DNA of 64,000 nucleotides from Candidatus Nanopelagicales bacterium (GTDB lineage Bacteria; Actinomycetota; Actinomycetes; S36-B12; UBA5976). The notes below the pieces were generated by a model. It was not told the origin of the DNA. It made no database searches and saw only the letters and a list, made by a program, of their open reading frames with translations. Below are positions 33,274 through 42,503 of the stretch, one piece after another. The stretch lies in NCBI GenBank assembly GCA_049421205.1, contig JBMSMQ010000002.1, positions 1,313 to 65,312 on the forward strand, given 5' to 3'. Position 1 is the stretch's first letter. Every line of letters begins with the position of its first letter. Both the position numbers and the translations under genes were made by a program.

Positions 33274-33721
33274 GACCTCTAGTTAATCCTGTGATGGTAA
33301 TAATCACTTGAATAACTGCCGGGAGAACAAATATCGCTCCAAGTGTGCGCAACTCAAGACCTGCATCCGCTTGTAAATCATTGAGCATAGTCAATGGTCG
33401 TACGAATTGACCGACAAGAGCGACGAAGATAGAAAGCAAAATTGAATAGGCTGCTACACCAAGCTGAAACCATATACCGGCTTGCCACCAACTCTTCTTA
33501 TAAAGAAAGCCTAAGACTGTGCCTAAGAGAAACATCAAAAACGCAAACAGAAAATCTGCCACGAAAAAATCGCTATTGCGCTCTACATAATAAACACAGG
33601 TTCCTTCATTGACATAACATTCAACGTATGGCGATAACCAGATCCATAAGCCGCCCACAAACAAAGTGCCAAGAGTGAGACTCACGAGCCCCAGATAGTG
33701 TTTTGATTTGAGGATATTCAT
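33242..33721 (-). CDS. small polytopic membrane protein, function unknown
   Basis: About 159 aa with four hydrophobic segments. ATG at 33721 forms an ATGA overlap with the dnaE stop. The 3' end overlaps the next gene by 32 nt if that gene starts at 33273. Confidence 0.6.
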   Translation of the reverse strand: MNILKSKHYLGLVSLTLGTLFVGGLWIWLSPYVECYVNEGTCVYYVERNSDFFVADFLFAFLMFLLGTVLGFLYKKSWWQAGIWFQLGVAAYSILLSIFVALVGQFVRPLTMLNDLQADAGLELRTLGAIFVLPAVIQVIITITGLTRGHESEQGESDE

Positions 33722-36700
33722 AAGCAATTCGGCCCTAGCAATGCCTTTAGCTCCCCGAAGAATGCTGGAGTCGGATCAACTTTGAACTGTTCGTTTATTT
33801 TCAGAGCAGTGACTCGAGAGCCATTGATGAGCCGGAATTGCACTTCGGTTGCTCCTGAATGATTGTGTAGCACTTCCTTCAATCTACTTAGGACATCTGC
33901 ATTAAGTGATTGGGCGACAATCTTGATGACAACTGGCTGACTTGATGCAGAGACATCGAGCAGTTTGAAATCAAGGGCTATAAGTTTGGGAACATCAGTT
34001 TCACGTTTATCGACTCGAACAGTTGCTGCAACGATGGAATCTTCAGTCAGTAGACCCATATATTCTGCATAGACATTTGAAAAGACAACTATTTCAACAT
34101 CTCCGGTGACGTCTTCCAAGGTGATGTTGGCATAGGTTGAGCCGTTTCTTCTCGTTGTTTTACGAACCACCTCACGAATGAGTCCCGCTACCGTCACATT
34201 CGCACCTTCTGGCTGATCGAGTGCATCGACAACTGTGGTGTCGCTCGATTCCGAAACTATGTGTTCAATACCTCGAAGTGGATGGTCACTTACATACAAC
34301 CCAAGCATCTCACGTTCTGCCGTGAGGAGATCTGCACGATCCCATTCATCAATGGTGATGTCGAGTTTAATTCCCTCAGCGACCTCATCATTTTCACTAT
34401 TAGCCGTGTCATCGCCAAAAAGTGAGACGAAACCAGCTTCCTTTTCCCGCTTACGCTCCACCGTAATGTCAATTGCTTCACTGTGTATAAGGGTGAGACC
34501 TTTTCGTGTTTGCCCAAGTGAATCAAAAGCCCCTGCTTTGATGAGGCTTTCATTGAGCCGTTTATTCAATGCCACTGTTTCAACTTTGGAGAGAAAATCA
34601 AGGTATGAAGTGAAAGATCCTTTGGACTGGCGGGTCTCAACTATACTTTGAACAACATTTGCTCCGACGTTTCGTATAGCAGTGAGACCAAATCGAATAG
34701 AGTTTTCGATAGTTGTGAAATCTGCGTATGACTCGTTGATATCAGGTTGCAGTACTTCAATCCCCATTTTTCTGCACTCTGCAAGGTAAACCGCCAATTT
34801 ACTTCGATCATCCTTCACCGAGGTGAGCAGTGCTGCCATATATTCTGCAGGATAGTTTGCTTTGAGGTAAGCAGTCCAATAAGAAATCAACCCGTAGGCG
34901 GCAGCGTGAGATTTATTGAATGCATAATCGGCAAATGGTTCAAGTGCTGACCACAATTTGTCAATCGAAGTGTCTGAAAATCCTCGCTCTTTCATTCCGC
35001 CTTCAAATCGAACCTTTTCCTTTTTCAGAATTTTCTGATCCTTCTTACCCATAGCTTTTCTGAGTAAATCTGCTTCTGCCAATGTGTAGCCTGCAAGTTG
35101 TTGCGCGATAGCCATCACTTGTTCCTGATAGACAGCAAGTCCAAATGTTTCTTTCAAGATTGGTTCAAGTGCTTCGGCTAAATCTGGATGTAATGGTTCT
35201 ATCTTCTTTCGATTATTTTTCCTATCAGCATATTCGTTGTGTGCATTTTCACCCATCGGTCCAGGTCGATAGAGCGCAAGTACTGCTGCAATATCGTCAA
35301 AAGATGTTGGGCTGAGTGAACGCAGAAGTGTTCTCATTGCGACACCGTCTAGCTGAAACACCCCGAGCGTGTCCCCTCGTGATAAGAGTTCGTACGTTGG
35401 TTTGTTATCAAGCGGCAAGTCTTCTAATACTATTGTGATGCCACGATTTCTCTCAATAATCTTTAAACAGTCATCCATAATGCCCAGATTTCGTAGCCCA
35501 AGAAAGTCCATCTTGAGAAGTCCAAGTTTTTCGCATACCACCATATCCCATTGGGTGATGATGGTTCCTTCACTTGGTTTTTTCATCAAAGGCAGAACTT
35601 CAATTAACGGTTTTGACGAGAGAATTACTCCTGCGGCATGAGAACCATATTGACGTTTTGCACCCTCAAGTCCTCGCGCGGTATCAACTATCTTTTTATA
35701 ATCTTCACGCGACTCATACAATTTTCGAAATTCGCCCGCTTCTTTGTAACGCGAATTTTTCGGATCGAATACCTCATACAGAGCCATTTCTTTACCCATG
35801 ACCGCTGGAGGCATTGCTTTGGTTAATTCATCGCCCGCGGCATAGGGCATTTCAAGAATCCGAGCAGAATCGCGAATGGCATTTTTCGCCTTCAACGACC
35901 CGAACGTGATGATCTGTGCAACTCGATCCGATCCATATTTAGTCACTGCATATTCGATCATCTCGCCACGTCTGGCATCATCGAAATCGATATCGATGTC
36001 AGGCATAGATATACGTTCAGGATTTAAAAATCGCTCAAACAACAAACCATGCTCAATAGGATCAAGTTCTGTGATTCCAAGCGCCCAAGCTATAAGTGCT
36101 CCTGCAGCAGAACCACGCCCAGGACCGACTCGTATGCCCACTTTTTTTGCGTGACTGATGAGGTCTGCGACAACCAGAAAGTATCCAGAGAAATTCATTT
36201 TCGAGATGACGCTTAACTCATAATCAGCACGTTCAAGGTATTCAGATGGAATGTCGCGGTTGAGTTTCTTAAATCGAATTGCTAATCCATCAAGAACCAA
36301 TTTCTTCAGATATGAATTCTCATCCATATCAGCGGGAACATCGAATACTGGTAATAGATTCTGGTTTTCCACAAATTCAACATTGCAGCGTTCGGCAATA
36401 AGCAATGTGTTTGAAATCGCTTCAGGTACTTCAGAGAAAAGTATTTCCATCTCATCGACGGTTTTAAGGTAGAACTCCTCAGATTCAAATCGCCATCTTT
36501 TTGGATCGGCAAGGGTTCCGGCGGTTTGTACACACAGTAAAGCATCGTGGCTGACCGAATCTTCAGCTCTGATGTAATGCAGATCATTGGTAGCAACAAG
36601 CGGGATTCCAAGGTCTCTCGAAATCTGAATCAATCCTTGTCGTACTTTTCGTTCAATATCAATTCCGTGCTCCATAATCTCGACAAAGAAATTACCTGCA

Positions 36701-37269
36701 CCGAATAAGTCACGGTAACTTGCAGCTGCTTCGAGTGCACGTTTATAGTTTCCTGCGAGTAACCACTTTTGAACTTCACCTGATGGGCAACCAGTTGTCG
36801 CAATGATGCCTTTTCCAAATCGCTCCAGGAGATCACGATCAAATCGTGGCCATTTTCCGTATTGTCCCTCGATGGATGCAAGCGACGCGATTTTGAAGAG
36901 ATTATGCATCCCTTCTGTGGTCTCTGCCCACATTGTCATATGTGTGTAATTCAATCGACCAACGCTGAGGTTTGCTCCCTCATCAAGATCACCACTGATT
37001 TGTGCATCGAATTCGAATGGACCCTTTGTGAAACGACTTCCGACCGGAAGGTAATACCCTTCCATTCCAATAATGGGCTTAATTCCAGCATTTTTTGCAG
37101 ACTTATAGAACTCAAAAGCACCAAACAGATTCCCGTGATCGGTAATGGCAATCGCTGGCATTCCTAATTCGGCCGCAGCAATCGTGAGTTGCTTTACATT
37201 GGATAAACCATCAAGTATCGAGTATTCAGTGTGATTATGTAGGTGTACAAAGTTTTTTGACACGTACAC
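33718..37269 (-). CDS. dnaE: DNA polymerase III alpha subunit
   Basis: 1183 aa. PHP domain HLHNHTEYS, polymerase core, C-terminal OB fold. GTG start at 37269, or GTG at 37263. Confidence 0.97.
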   Translation of the reverse strand: MYVSKNFVHLHNHTEYSILDGLSNVKQLTIAAAELGMPAIAITDHGNLFGAFEFYKSAKNAGIKPIIGMEGYYLPVGSRFTKGPFEFDAQISGDLDEGANLSVGRLNYTHMTMWAETTEGMHNLFKIASLASIEGQYGKWPRFDRDLLERFGKGIIATTGCPSGEVQKWLLAGNYKRALEAAASYRDLFGAGNFFVEIMEHGIDIERKVRQGLIQISRDLGIPLVATNDLHYIRAEDSVSHDALLCVQTAGTLADPKRWRFESEEFYLKTVDEMEILFSEVPEAISNTLLIAERCNVEFVENQNLLPVFDVPADMDENSYLKKLVLDGLAIRFKKLNRDIPSEYLERADYELSVISKMNFSGYFLVVADLISHAKKVGIRVGPGRGSAAGALIAWALGITELDPIEHGLLFERFLNPERISMPDIDIDFDDARRGEMIEYAVTKYGSDRVAQIITFGSLKAKNAIRDSARILEMPYAAGDELTKAMPPAVMGKEMALYEVFDPKNSRYKEAGEFRKLYESREDYKKIVDTARGLEGAKRQYGSHAAGVILSSKPLIEVLPLMKKPSEGTIITQWDMVVCEKLGLLKMDFLGLRNLGIMDDCLKIIERNRGITIVLEDLPLDNKPTYELLSRGDTLGVFQLDGVAMRTLLRSLSPTSFDDIAAVLALYRPGPMGENAHNEYADRKNNRKKIEPLHPDLAEALEPILKETFGLAVYQEQVMAIAQQLAGYTLAEADLLRKAMGKKDQKILKKEKVRFEGGMKERGFSDTSIDKLWSALEPFADYAFNKSHAAAYGLISYWTAYLKANYPAEYMAALLTSVKDDRSKLAVYLAECRKMGIEVLQPDINESYADFTTIENSIRFGLTAIRNVGANVVQSIVETRQSKGSFTSYLDFLSKVETVALNKRLNESLIKAGAFDSLGQTRKGLTLIHSEAIDITVERKREKEAGFVSLFGDDTANSENDEVAEGIKLDITIDEWDRADLLTAEREMLGLYVSDHPLRGIEHIVSESSDTTVVDALDQPEGANVTVAGLIREVVRKTTRRNGSTYANITLEDVTGDVEIVVFSNVYAEYMGLLTEDSIVAATVRVDKRETDVPKLIALDFKLLDVSASSQPVVIKIVAQSLNADVLSRLKEVLHNHSGATEVQFRLINGSRVTALKINEQFKVDPTPAFFGELKALLGPNCL

Positions 37270-37321
37270 AATCCCTTCAAATCAGTAGGACACACTACAA
37301 GTGAGTTAGGGGAAGATGAAG

Positions 37322-37357
37322 GAATCTAGGCGGAGATGACTATCACAGCCTAGATTC
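37322..37357 (-). other. 10-bp perfect stem-loop between the BI-1 gene and dnaE
   Basis: GAATCTAGGC (37322-37331) pairs with GCCTAGATTC (37348-37357) around a 16-nt loop. No U-run follows on the minus strand, so it is not a canonical intrinsic terminator. Confidence 0.4.
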
Positions 37358-37365
37358 GGTCGAAC

Positions 37366-38091
37366 TTAGTCGTTGCCGCGAAGAATCGCGAGCAACCGCA
37401 AAATTTCGATGTACATCCAAATCAATGTCACCATCAATCCAAATGCAAGACGCCATTCAAAATCTGCATCGACTCCTGCTTGTGCAGCTTGCTCAATGTC
37501 AGCAAAATCAAGTACCAGGGTTACGGATGCAAGTCCAACTCCAACCAGAGCAATTAGCCAACCTAGCGAAGTGCCGTACGCCGAATTACCGGTAAACAAA
37601 GCGATAAGAAGATTCAGAACTGCAAAACCCATGTAGCCAAGTAACGCGAACGTCAAAATCTGACGAAACTTACTTGTGACACGGATCCATTGCTGGCGAT
37701 ATGCAACAAACATAATGCCTGCGGTGATTAATGTTGCAGAAAGTGCATTCATGACAATGCCTTCATACGCAGTTTCAAAAATCAAGGAAATTCCGCCAAC
37801 GAATACACCTTGAACGGCAGCATATGCAAGCATGACACCAATGCGAACTTTCTTGCTGAAAGATGCCCAGAGCGCAAGTCCAAGTCCAACAAACATCGCT
37901 GGGAAAATCAGACCGATCAATTGCATCTGCCACGTCACGATTGCAGTAACAAGGAAAATCGCAAACAGCGTCATTGCCCGATTGAGTGTTCCTTCAATTG
38001 TCATTTTCCTTGTGGAAATCGTTGGAACTTCTACACCTGCAGGTGAATACTCAATACTGCCAAGGGCACGGTTCAGAACTGGGTTAGACAT
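37366..38091 (-). CDS. Bax inhibitor-1/YccA-family membrane protein
   Basis: 241 aa with seven hydrophobic segments and a charged C-terminal tail. Strong SD AGGAGGAAAC before the ATG. Confidence 0.8.
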   Translation of the reverse strand: MSNPVLNRALGSIEYSPAGVEVPTISTRKMTIEGTLNRAMTLFAIFLVTAIVTWQMQLIGLIFPAMFVGLGLALWASFSKKVRIGVMLAYAAVQGVFVGGISLIFETAYEGIVMNALSATLITAGIMFVAYRQQWIRVTSKFRQILTFALLGYMGFAVLNLLIALFTGNSAYGTSLGWLIALVGVGLASVTLVLDFADIEQAAQAGVDADFEWRLAFGLMVTLIWMYIEILRLLAILRGND

Positions 38092-38158
38092 GTTTCCTCC
38101 TATGAGTGCTTAACGTCTTAATCAGGGGATATATTCCACCTGAAACCTGACATTTTTG

Positions 38159-39016
38159 CTACGCCAAATCGTCGAGTTTGGCAAAAACATCCGAATTCAG
38201 GGTGATTTGCGCTGATTGGCAATTCTCATCGAGGTGAATCACCGAGGAAGTTCCTGGGATTGGCAGCATCACTTTTGACTTGGCGAGGAGCCACGCCAAA
38301 GCGAGTTGTGAGCCCGTGTGCCCGGTTTCCTCACTTATGTCACCGAGCTTGCTATTGAGAGAATCGACGTCCGCTCCCCCTAATGGAAACCAGGGGATGA
38401 AACCAATTCCCTCTTCTTCGCAATAGCGAAGGACATCCTCTGAACCTCGGACTTGAATGTTATACAGATTCTGAACGGTCACTATTCTTACTATTTGGGA
38501 TGCCTCTTTGATTTGATCGACGCTGACTTCTGATAGACCAACGTGTTTAATTTTTCCCGCTTCCTGCGCTTCTTTCAATACTCCAATCTGTTCGGCTAAT
38601 GGAAAACCATCGTCGATTCTGTGAAGTTGATACAAGTCGATGGTATCCACTTTGAGTCGACGCAATGACATTTCGATACATTGTTTGAGGTATGCAGGAT
38701 GTCCACACGCTGCCCACTGTCCGGGTCCTTGCCGTGTCAATCCACCTTTTGTTGCGATGACAACTTCTCGATATGGGCGTAGAGTTTCAGCGATAAGAAC
38801 CTCCGACACTTCAGGTCCATATGAATCTGCAGTATCAATGAAATTCACTCCATTTGCTACCGCTCGTCGAAGTACTGCTTTTGCACTATCAACATCTGCT
38901 GGAAATCCCCACACCCCTGGCCCTGTTATTCGCATTGCACCAAAGCCAAGTCGATATATTTCTAGCGGGTCAGAATCCGCACCAAGTTTGAATTTTCCTG
39001 ATTGTTCCACAAACAT
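38159..39016 (-). CDS. aldo/keto reductase
   Basis: Motif GVNFIDTADSYG, catalytic-region motifs ATKGG and LYQLHRID, and LGG near the C-terminus. 285 aa. Confidence 0.88.
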   Translation of the reverse strand: MFVEQSGKFKLGADSDPLEIYRLGFGAMRITGPGVWGFPADVDSAKAVLRRAVANGVNFIDTADSYGPEVSEVLIAETLRPYREVVIATKGGLTRQGPGQWAACGHPAYLKQCIEMSLRRLKVDTIDLYQLHRIDDGFPLAEQIGVLKEAQEAGKIKHVGLSEVSVDQIKEASQIVRIVTVQNLYNIQVRGSEDVLRYCEEEGIGFIPWFPLGGADVDSLNSKLGDISEETGHTGSQLALAWLLAKSKVMLPIPGTSSVIHLDENCQSAQITLNSDVFAKLDDLA

Positions 39017-39037
39017 GGATGAAGTGTACGCGAGAGT

Positions 39038-39961
39038 TCAAAGTGTTCTCAGTGTTTCAAGTGCTTTCTCTAAATCCTCTGGATATGGTGAGTGAAACGT
39101 GAGTTGCTCACCGGTGAGTGGGTGCATAATTTCGAGGCGAAGCGCATGTAGCCACTGATGGGTCAAACCTAACTTTTGACTGAGCGTTGGATCTGCTCCA
39201 TACATTTCATCTCCTACACACGGATGCTTCAATGCAGAAAAGTGCACTCGAATCTGATGAGTTCTTCCAGTTTCAAGTTGAACCTCTACTAATGACCCGT
39301 ATGACATTGCTTCGAGTGTGACGTAATGCGTTAGCGCATCTCGTCCACCTGCCATCACCGCAAATTTGTAGTCGTGCTGTGGATGTCGCGCTATTGGTGC
39401 ATCGATTGAACCTTCACTTGGATCTAATCGTCCTTGGACGAGTGCATGGTAAGTTTTCGAAACACTTCGTTTACGAAATTGATCCTTCAGGTGCGCATAG
39501 GCATATTCACTTTTTGCAACAACCATACAACCTGACGTGCCAACATCAAGCCGTTGAACAATCCCCTGACGTTCACTTGCACCACTGGTGGCAATGCGTA
39601 TTCCTCGCTCGGCAAGCGCCCCTAATACATCGAATCCCTCCCATCCAAGTGATGGATGTGAGGCAATCCCTGAAGGTTTATCAATCACCACAATATCGCT
39701 GTCTTCATAAATGACTGAAAGATTCTCCACTCTCGCAGGTACGATTTTTACTTCGCGAATGACATCGGAAAAATCTGCTACTACCCAATCATCCGAATAC
39801 ACACGGGTATTTGGAAGCGCACTCTTGCCATTGATTTTGATGAATCCTGATTGCAGGGCTTCTTGAACTTTTGTTCGGCTAATTCCCAACAATGTCGAGA
39901 TGACTGAATCTGCTCGATCTCCCGATATTCCATCTGGAATTGCGAAATTATGTCTTGACAT
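39038..39961 (-). CDS. rluD: RluA-family 23S rRNA pseudouridine synthase
   Basis: N-terminal S4-like region, catalytic QRLDVGTSG, and TGRTHQIRVH. ATG at 39961 lies 4 nt after the lspA stop; the track start at 39997 overlaps lspA. Confidence 0.88.
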   Translation of the reverse strand: MSRHNFAIPDGISGDRADSVISTLLGISRTKVQEALQSGFIKINGKSALPNTRVYSDDWVVADFSDVIREVKIVPARVENLSVIYEDSDIVVIDKPSGIASHPSLGWEGFDVLGALAERGIRIATSGASERQGIVQRLDVGTSGCMVVAKSEYAYAHLKDQFRKRSVSKTYHALVQGRLDPSEGSIDAPIARHPQHDYKFAVMAGGRDALTHYVTLEAMSYGSLVEVQLETGRTHQIRVHFSALKHPCVGDEMYGADPTLSQKLGLTHQWLHALRLEIMHPLTGEQLTFHSPYPEDLEKALETLRTL

Positions 39962-39965
39962 AGTT

Positions 39966-40430
39966 TTACTTGTAATCAATTCCTCGTAGGGAGGCAATCA
40001 CAATTATTGCAACGGCAGTGCTCATTGAAGCGTCAGCAACGTTAAAGATTGGCCAATACGGCATCATCAAAAAATCAATTACATGGCCTTGCCCAATTCC
40101 AGGCTCGTTCACGATCCGATCAATGAGATTTCCGATAGCGCCACCTAATCCCAAGCCAGCAGCAATTTTCCATGGGGTGGTAGTGATTCGGTTGGCAAAA
40201 ACCAGAATAAAAATTGCAAAAGCAATTGCAAAGAGTGTGAAGACCCAGGTTGCATCAGTAAAAATACTAAAAGCCGCACCTGGGTTGTATACGAGATTAA
40301 ATTGCAGTAGCGATCCGATTACTTCTTGAGGTTTGCCGAACTGCAGATTGTTCTCAGCCCAAACTTTCGTGATTCGATCTACGACGATAAGGGGCGATGC
40401 GATAACAAGTAGCCGTGCACGCGTATTCAC
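39966..40430 (-). CDS. lspA: lipoprotein signal peptidase II
   Basis: Motifs NPGAAFS and FNVAD. 154 aa with four TM segments. GTG start. Confidence 0.93.
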   Translation of the reverse strand: MNTRARLLVIASPLIVVDRITKVWAENNLQFGKPQEVIGSLLQFNLVYNPGAAFSIFTDATWVFTLFAIAFAIFILVFANRITTTPWKIAAGLGLGGAIGNLIDRIVNEPGIGQGHVIDFLMMPYWPIFNVADASMSTAVAIIVIASLRGIDYK

Positions 40431-40439
40431 ACGCCGAGG

Positions 40440-41420
40440 CTACAATGCCGCTTTGTCAGCAGCCTCTTTGCACCGAATACACATGGTGGCATATGGATTA
40501 GCCTCCTGAAGCCGTAGTTTGCCAATTGGCTTACCGCATTCTTCACATAATCCGAAAACTTTACTTTCTAAGCGAAGTAGCGCGAGCTGAGTTTCTTCGA
40601 CTTTCATTTGAGCAAGATCCACTTTGGAAATCTGCATTTCGCGTTCAAGTGTCATATTTCCAGTATCGGCAGTTTCAGCTCCTGCGCCATCGTCAGTGTT
40701 CTCAATTAACTCAGTTAGGACTCGTTGTGCAATTGCTAAGTCTTCGCGCCTTTCGATGAGATCCGCTTCAAAAACTTTTCGCATCGCTTTAAGTTCTGCA
40801 CCTGTCCACATCGAATCATCGTCCTGCACACGTTCTTTTTCTCGTGGCTTGCTGTCGGGTTGTTTGATGGCTTGAGAAAACTCAATTGCACCTTGATGAT
40901 CAAGTGGAATTGGTTCAGGAATTTCGTCTGGGGCATAAATGTATTTCCTGCCACGTTTTACCGGTTGCTTATCGCTATCATCTTCAATTAACGGTGATTT
41001 AACGTCTTTGGTTTTTTCCTTGGGTATAGCAACTTTCGCTGGAGTCGCTTTCTTGGCTTCTGGTTTTGAGGCGGCTTTTTTCGCGGCTGGCTTCGCTGTG
41101 GGGGTTTTACCTCGAGGTTTCGCCGGCGACTTCTTTGCGACCTTCTTAGTATCTTTCTTTGAAGACTTCGTCGTGCTCGTCGTCTTTGGAGCCGCTTTCT
41201 TCGCGACCTTCTTCACGACCTTTTTAGCGACAGGTTTCTTCACGACCTTTTTAGCGACAGGTTTCTTCACGACCTTTTTAGCGACAGTTTTCTTCGCGAC
41301 CTTTTTTACCGCCTTTTTAGCGACAGGTTTCTTCACGGCCTTTTTAGCAGTAGCTTTTTTGACAACTTTTTTCGCCACTTTCTTGGCAACCGATTTACCT
41401 GCTGTCTTCTTGACTGCCAT
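40440..41420 (-). CDS. lysine-rich histone-H1-like / DksA-TraR C4 zinc-finger fusion protein (DdbA-like)
   Basis: ATG at 41420 is preceded by GGAGGTGGGAA; the track extension to 41588 has no support. The N-terminal ~125 aa are AKKxVKKPV repeats. The C-terminus has a coiled region and CEEC-x18-CIRC. Located between ileS and lspA. Confidence 0.85.
   Translation of the reverse strand: MAVKKTAGKSVAKKVAKKVVKKATAKKAVKKPVAKKAVKKVAKKTVAKKVVKKPVAKKVVKKPVAKKVVKKVAKKAAPKTTSTTKSSKKDTKKVAKKSPAKPRGKTPTAKPAAKKAASKPEAKKATPAKVAIPKEKTKDVKSPLIEDDSDKQPVKRGRKYIYAPDEIPEPIPLDHQGAIEFSQAIKQPDSKPREKERVQDDDSMWTGAELKAMRKVFEADLIERREDLAIAQRVLTELIENTDDGAGAETADTGNMTLEREMQISKVDLAQMKVEETQLALLRLESKVFGLCEECGKPIGKLRLQEANPYATMCIRCKEAADKAAL
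41211..41291. repeat. three tandem 27-nt in-frame repeats inside the lysine-rich coding region
   Basis: CTTCACGACCTTTTTAGCGACAGGTTT occurs at 41211-41237 and 41238-41264, with a near-identical third copy at 41265-41291. Each encodes KKPVAKKVV units. More degenerate copies flank these, for example around 41309-41337. Confidence 0.9.
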
Positions 41421-41636
41421 TTCCCACCTCCGATGTGCGGGCGAAGGGTAGCGTACATCGGTGTAAAGGCAAGGTTTTGAAGCCCACTTTTCATACTGCC
41501 ACTGATGCTCTAGCCTTCGCTCGCACTTGCAGGGACTTTGCAACAGCGTGCTCACTTTCTGAACCAGAACGAACTCGCGCTGAAGCATTGAGGATGTTCA
41601 CCTAGTCTCTGCCTCCCGACGAAGGAAAGGTTCGAG

Positions 41637-42491
41637 ATGAAGGCTCGAAATACATTAGCCGCACTTGCTGTGATTGCCCTTGCGCTCACTGCTTGTGCAC
41701 CAGCAGACGAGAATGCGTCACCATCCCCGAGTGACACTTCATGTGCTGTAGAAAATTTAGCGGTAACGACCGCAGGGAAGATCACTATCGGTACTGATTC
41801 CCCTGCCTACTCCCCTTGGTATGTCGATGATGATCCAACTAATGGTGAGGGCTTTGAATCAGCTGTTGCATATGCGGTGGCGGAGCAAATGGGCTTTGCA
41901 GCAAGCGATGTTGTGTGGGTAGTTTCGCCTTTCAATAGCATCATTGCTCCAGGAGCTAAGGATTTTGACTTTGCTATTAACCAAGTGTCGATCACAGATG
42001 AACGTAAAAATGCGGTTGATTTTTCTACTGGGTACTACAACGTGAATCAAGCACTTATTACCTATGCAGGTTCACCAATTGATGGCGCAACCACCTTGGC
42101 CGAACTCAAAGATGCAAAACTTGGCGCACAGGTTGGAACTACCTCGTACAACACAATCGTGGATGTTATTCAACCGACACAAGATGTGGCTGCGTTTAAC
42201 GATAACGATGTTGCTGTGAAGTCACTGAACAACGAGCAGATCGATGGTCTTGTCGTTGACCTTCCAACTGCATTCTTTATGACAGCAGTACAACTTGATA
42301 ATGGTGTCATTGTTGGACAATTCCCGACCGATGGTGCTGGCGAACAATTCGGTCTTGTTCTCGATAAGGACAGTGCTTTGACAACCTGCGTTTCCTCAGC
42401 TGTGGACGCTCTTTGGGATGCAGGTTCTCTCGATGACATTGCTCAGCAATGGCTCGCAGATGTCACGAATGCTCCATTTATCAGAGAGTAG
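41637..42491 (+). CDS. polar amino-acid ABC transporter substrate-binding lipoprotein
   Basis: Signal peptide with lipobox LTAC and a family-3 SBP fold (GTDSPAYSPW, AINQVSIT.ER). SD GAAGGAAAGG sits upstream. Confidence 0.88.
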   Translation: MKARNTLAALAVIALALTACAPADENASPSPSDTSCAVENLAVTTAGKITIGTDSPAYSPWYVDDDPTNGEGFESAVAYAVAEQMGFAASDVVWVVSPFNSIIAPGAKDFDFAINQVSITDERKNAVDFSTGYYNVNQALITYAGSPIDGATTLAELKDAKLGAQVGTTSYNTIVDVIQPTQDVAAFNDNDVAVKSLNNEQIDGLVVDLPTAFFMTAVQLDNGVIVGQFPTDGAGEQFGLVLDKDSALTTCVSSAVDALWDAGSLDDIAQQWLADVTNAPFIRE

Positions 42492-42503
42492 TTCGACGAC
42501 TTT

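Noticed and set aside
41211-41291. Considered whether the 27-nt tandem repeats are a CRISPR-like or minisatellite non-coding array.
   Set aside because: The repeats are contiguous with no spacers. They are in frame and encode the lysine-rich repeat of a protein with clear start and stop signals.
40939-41451. 170-aa plus-strand ORF with FFATFLATGFFTTFLA repeats that looks like a repetitive membrane protein.
   Set aside because: It is the reverse complement of the AKKxVKK repeat coding region. The minus-strand frame has a strong SD and ATG at 41420 and continues into a DksA-type zinc finger, so the plus-strand ORF is an artefact of the repeat.
41421-41588. N-terminal 56-aa extension of the lysine-rich protein in the ORF track. 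Similar upstream extensions occur for ribD (2815-2925), fmt (5741-5806), carB (17207-17326), trpA (26141-26164), ftsZ (50627-50656), murD (56429-56494), ftsL (62602-62700) and rsmH (63537-63599).
   Set aside because: The extensions overlap the preceding gene or run through a hairpin, and they lack family-typical N-termini. In each case an internal ATG or GTG gives the canonical N-terminus, often with a 4-nt overlap or a visible SD.
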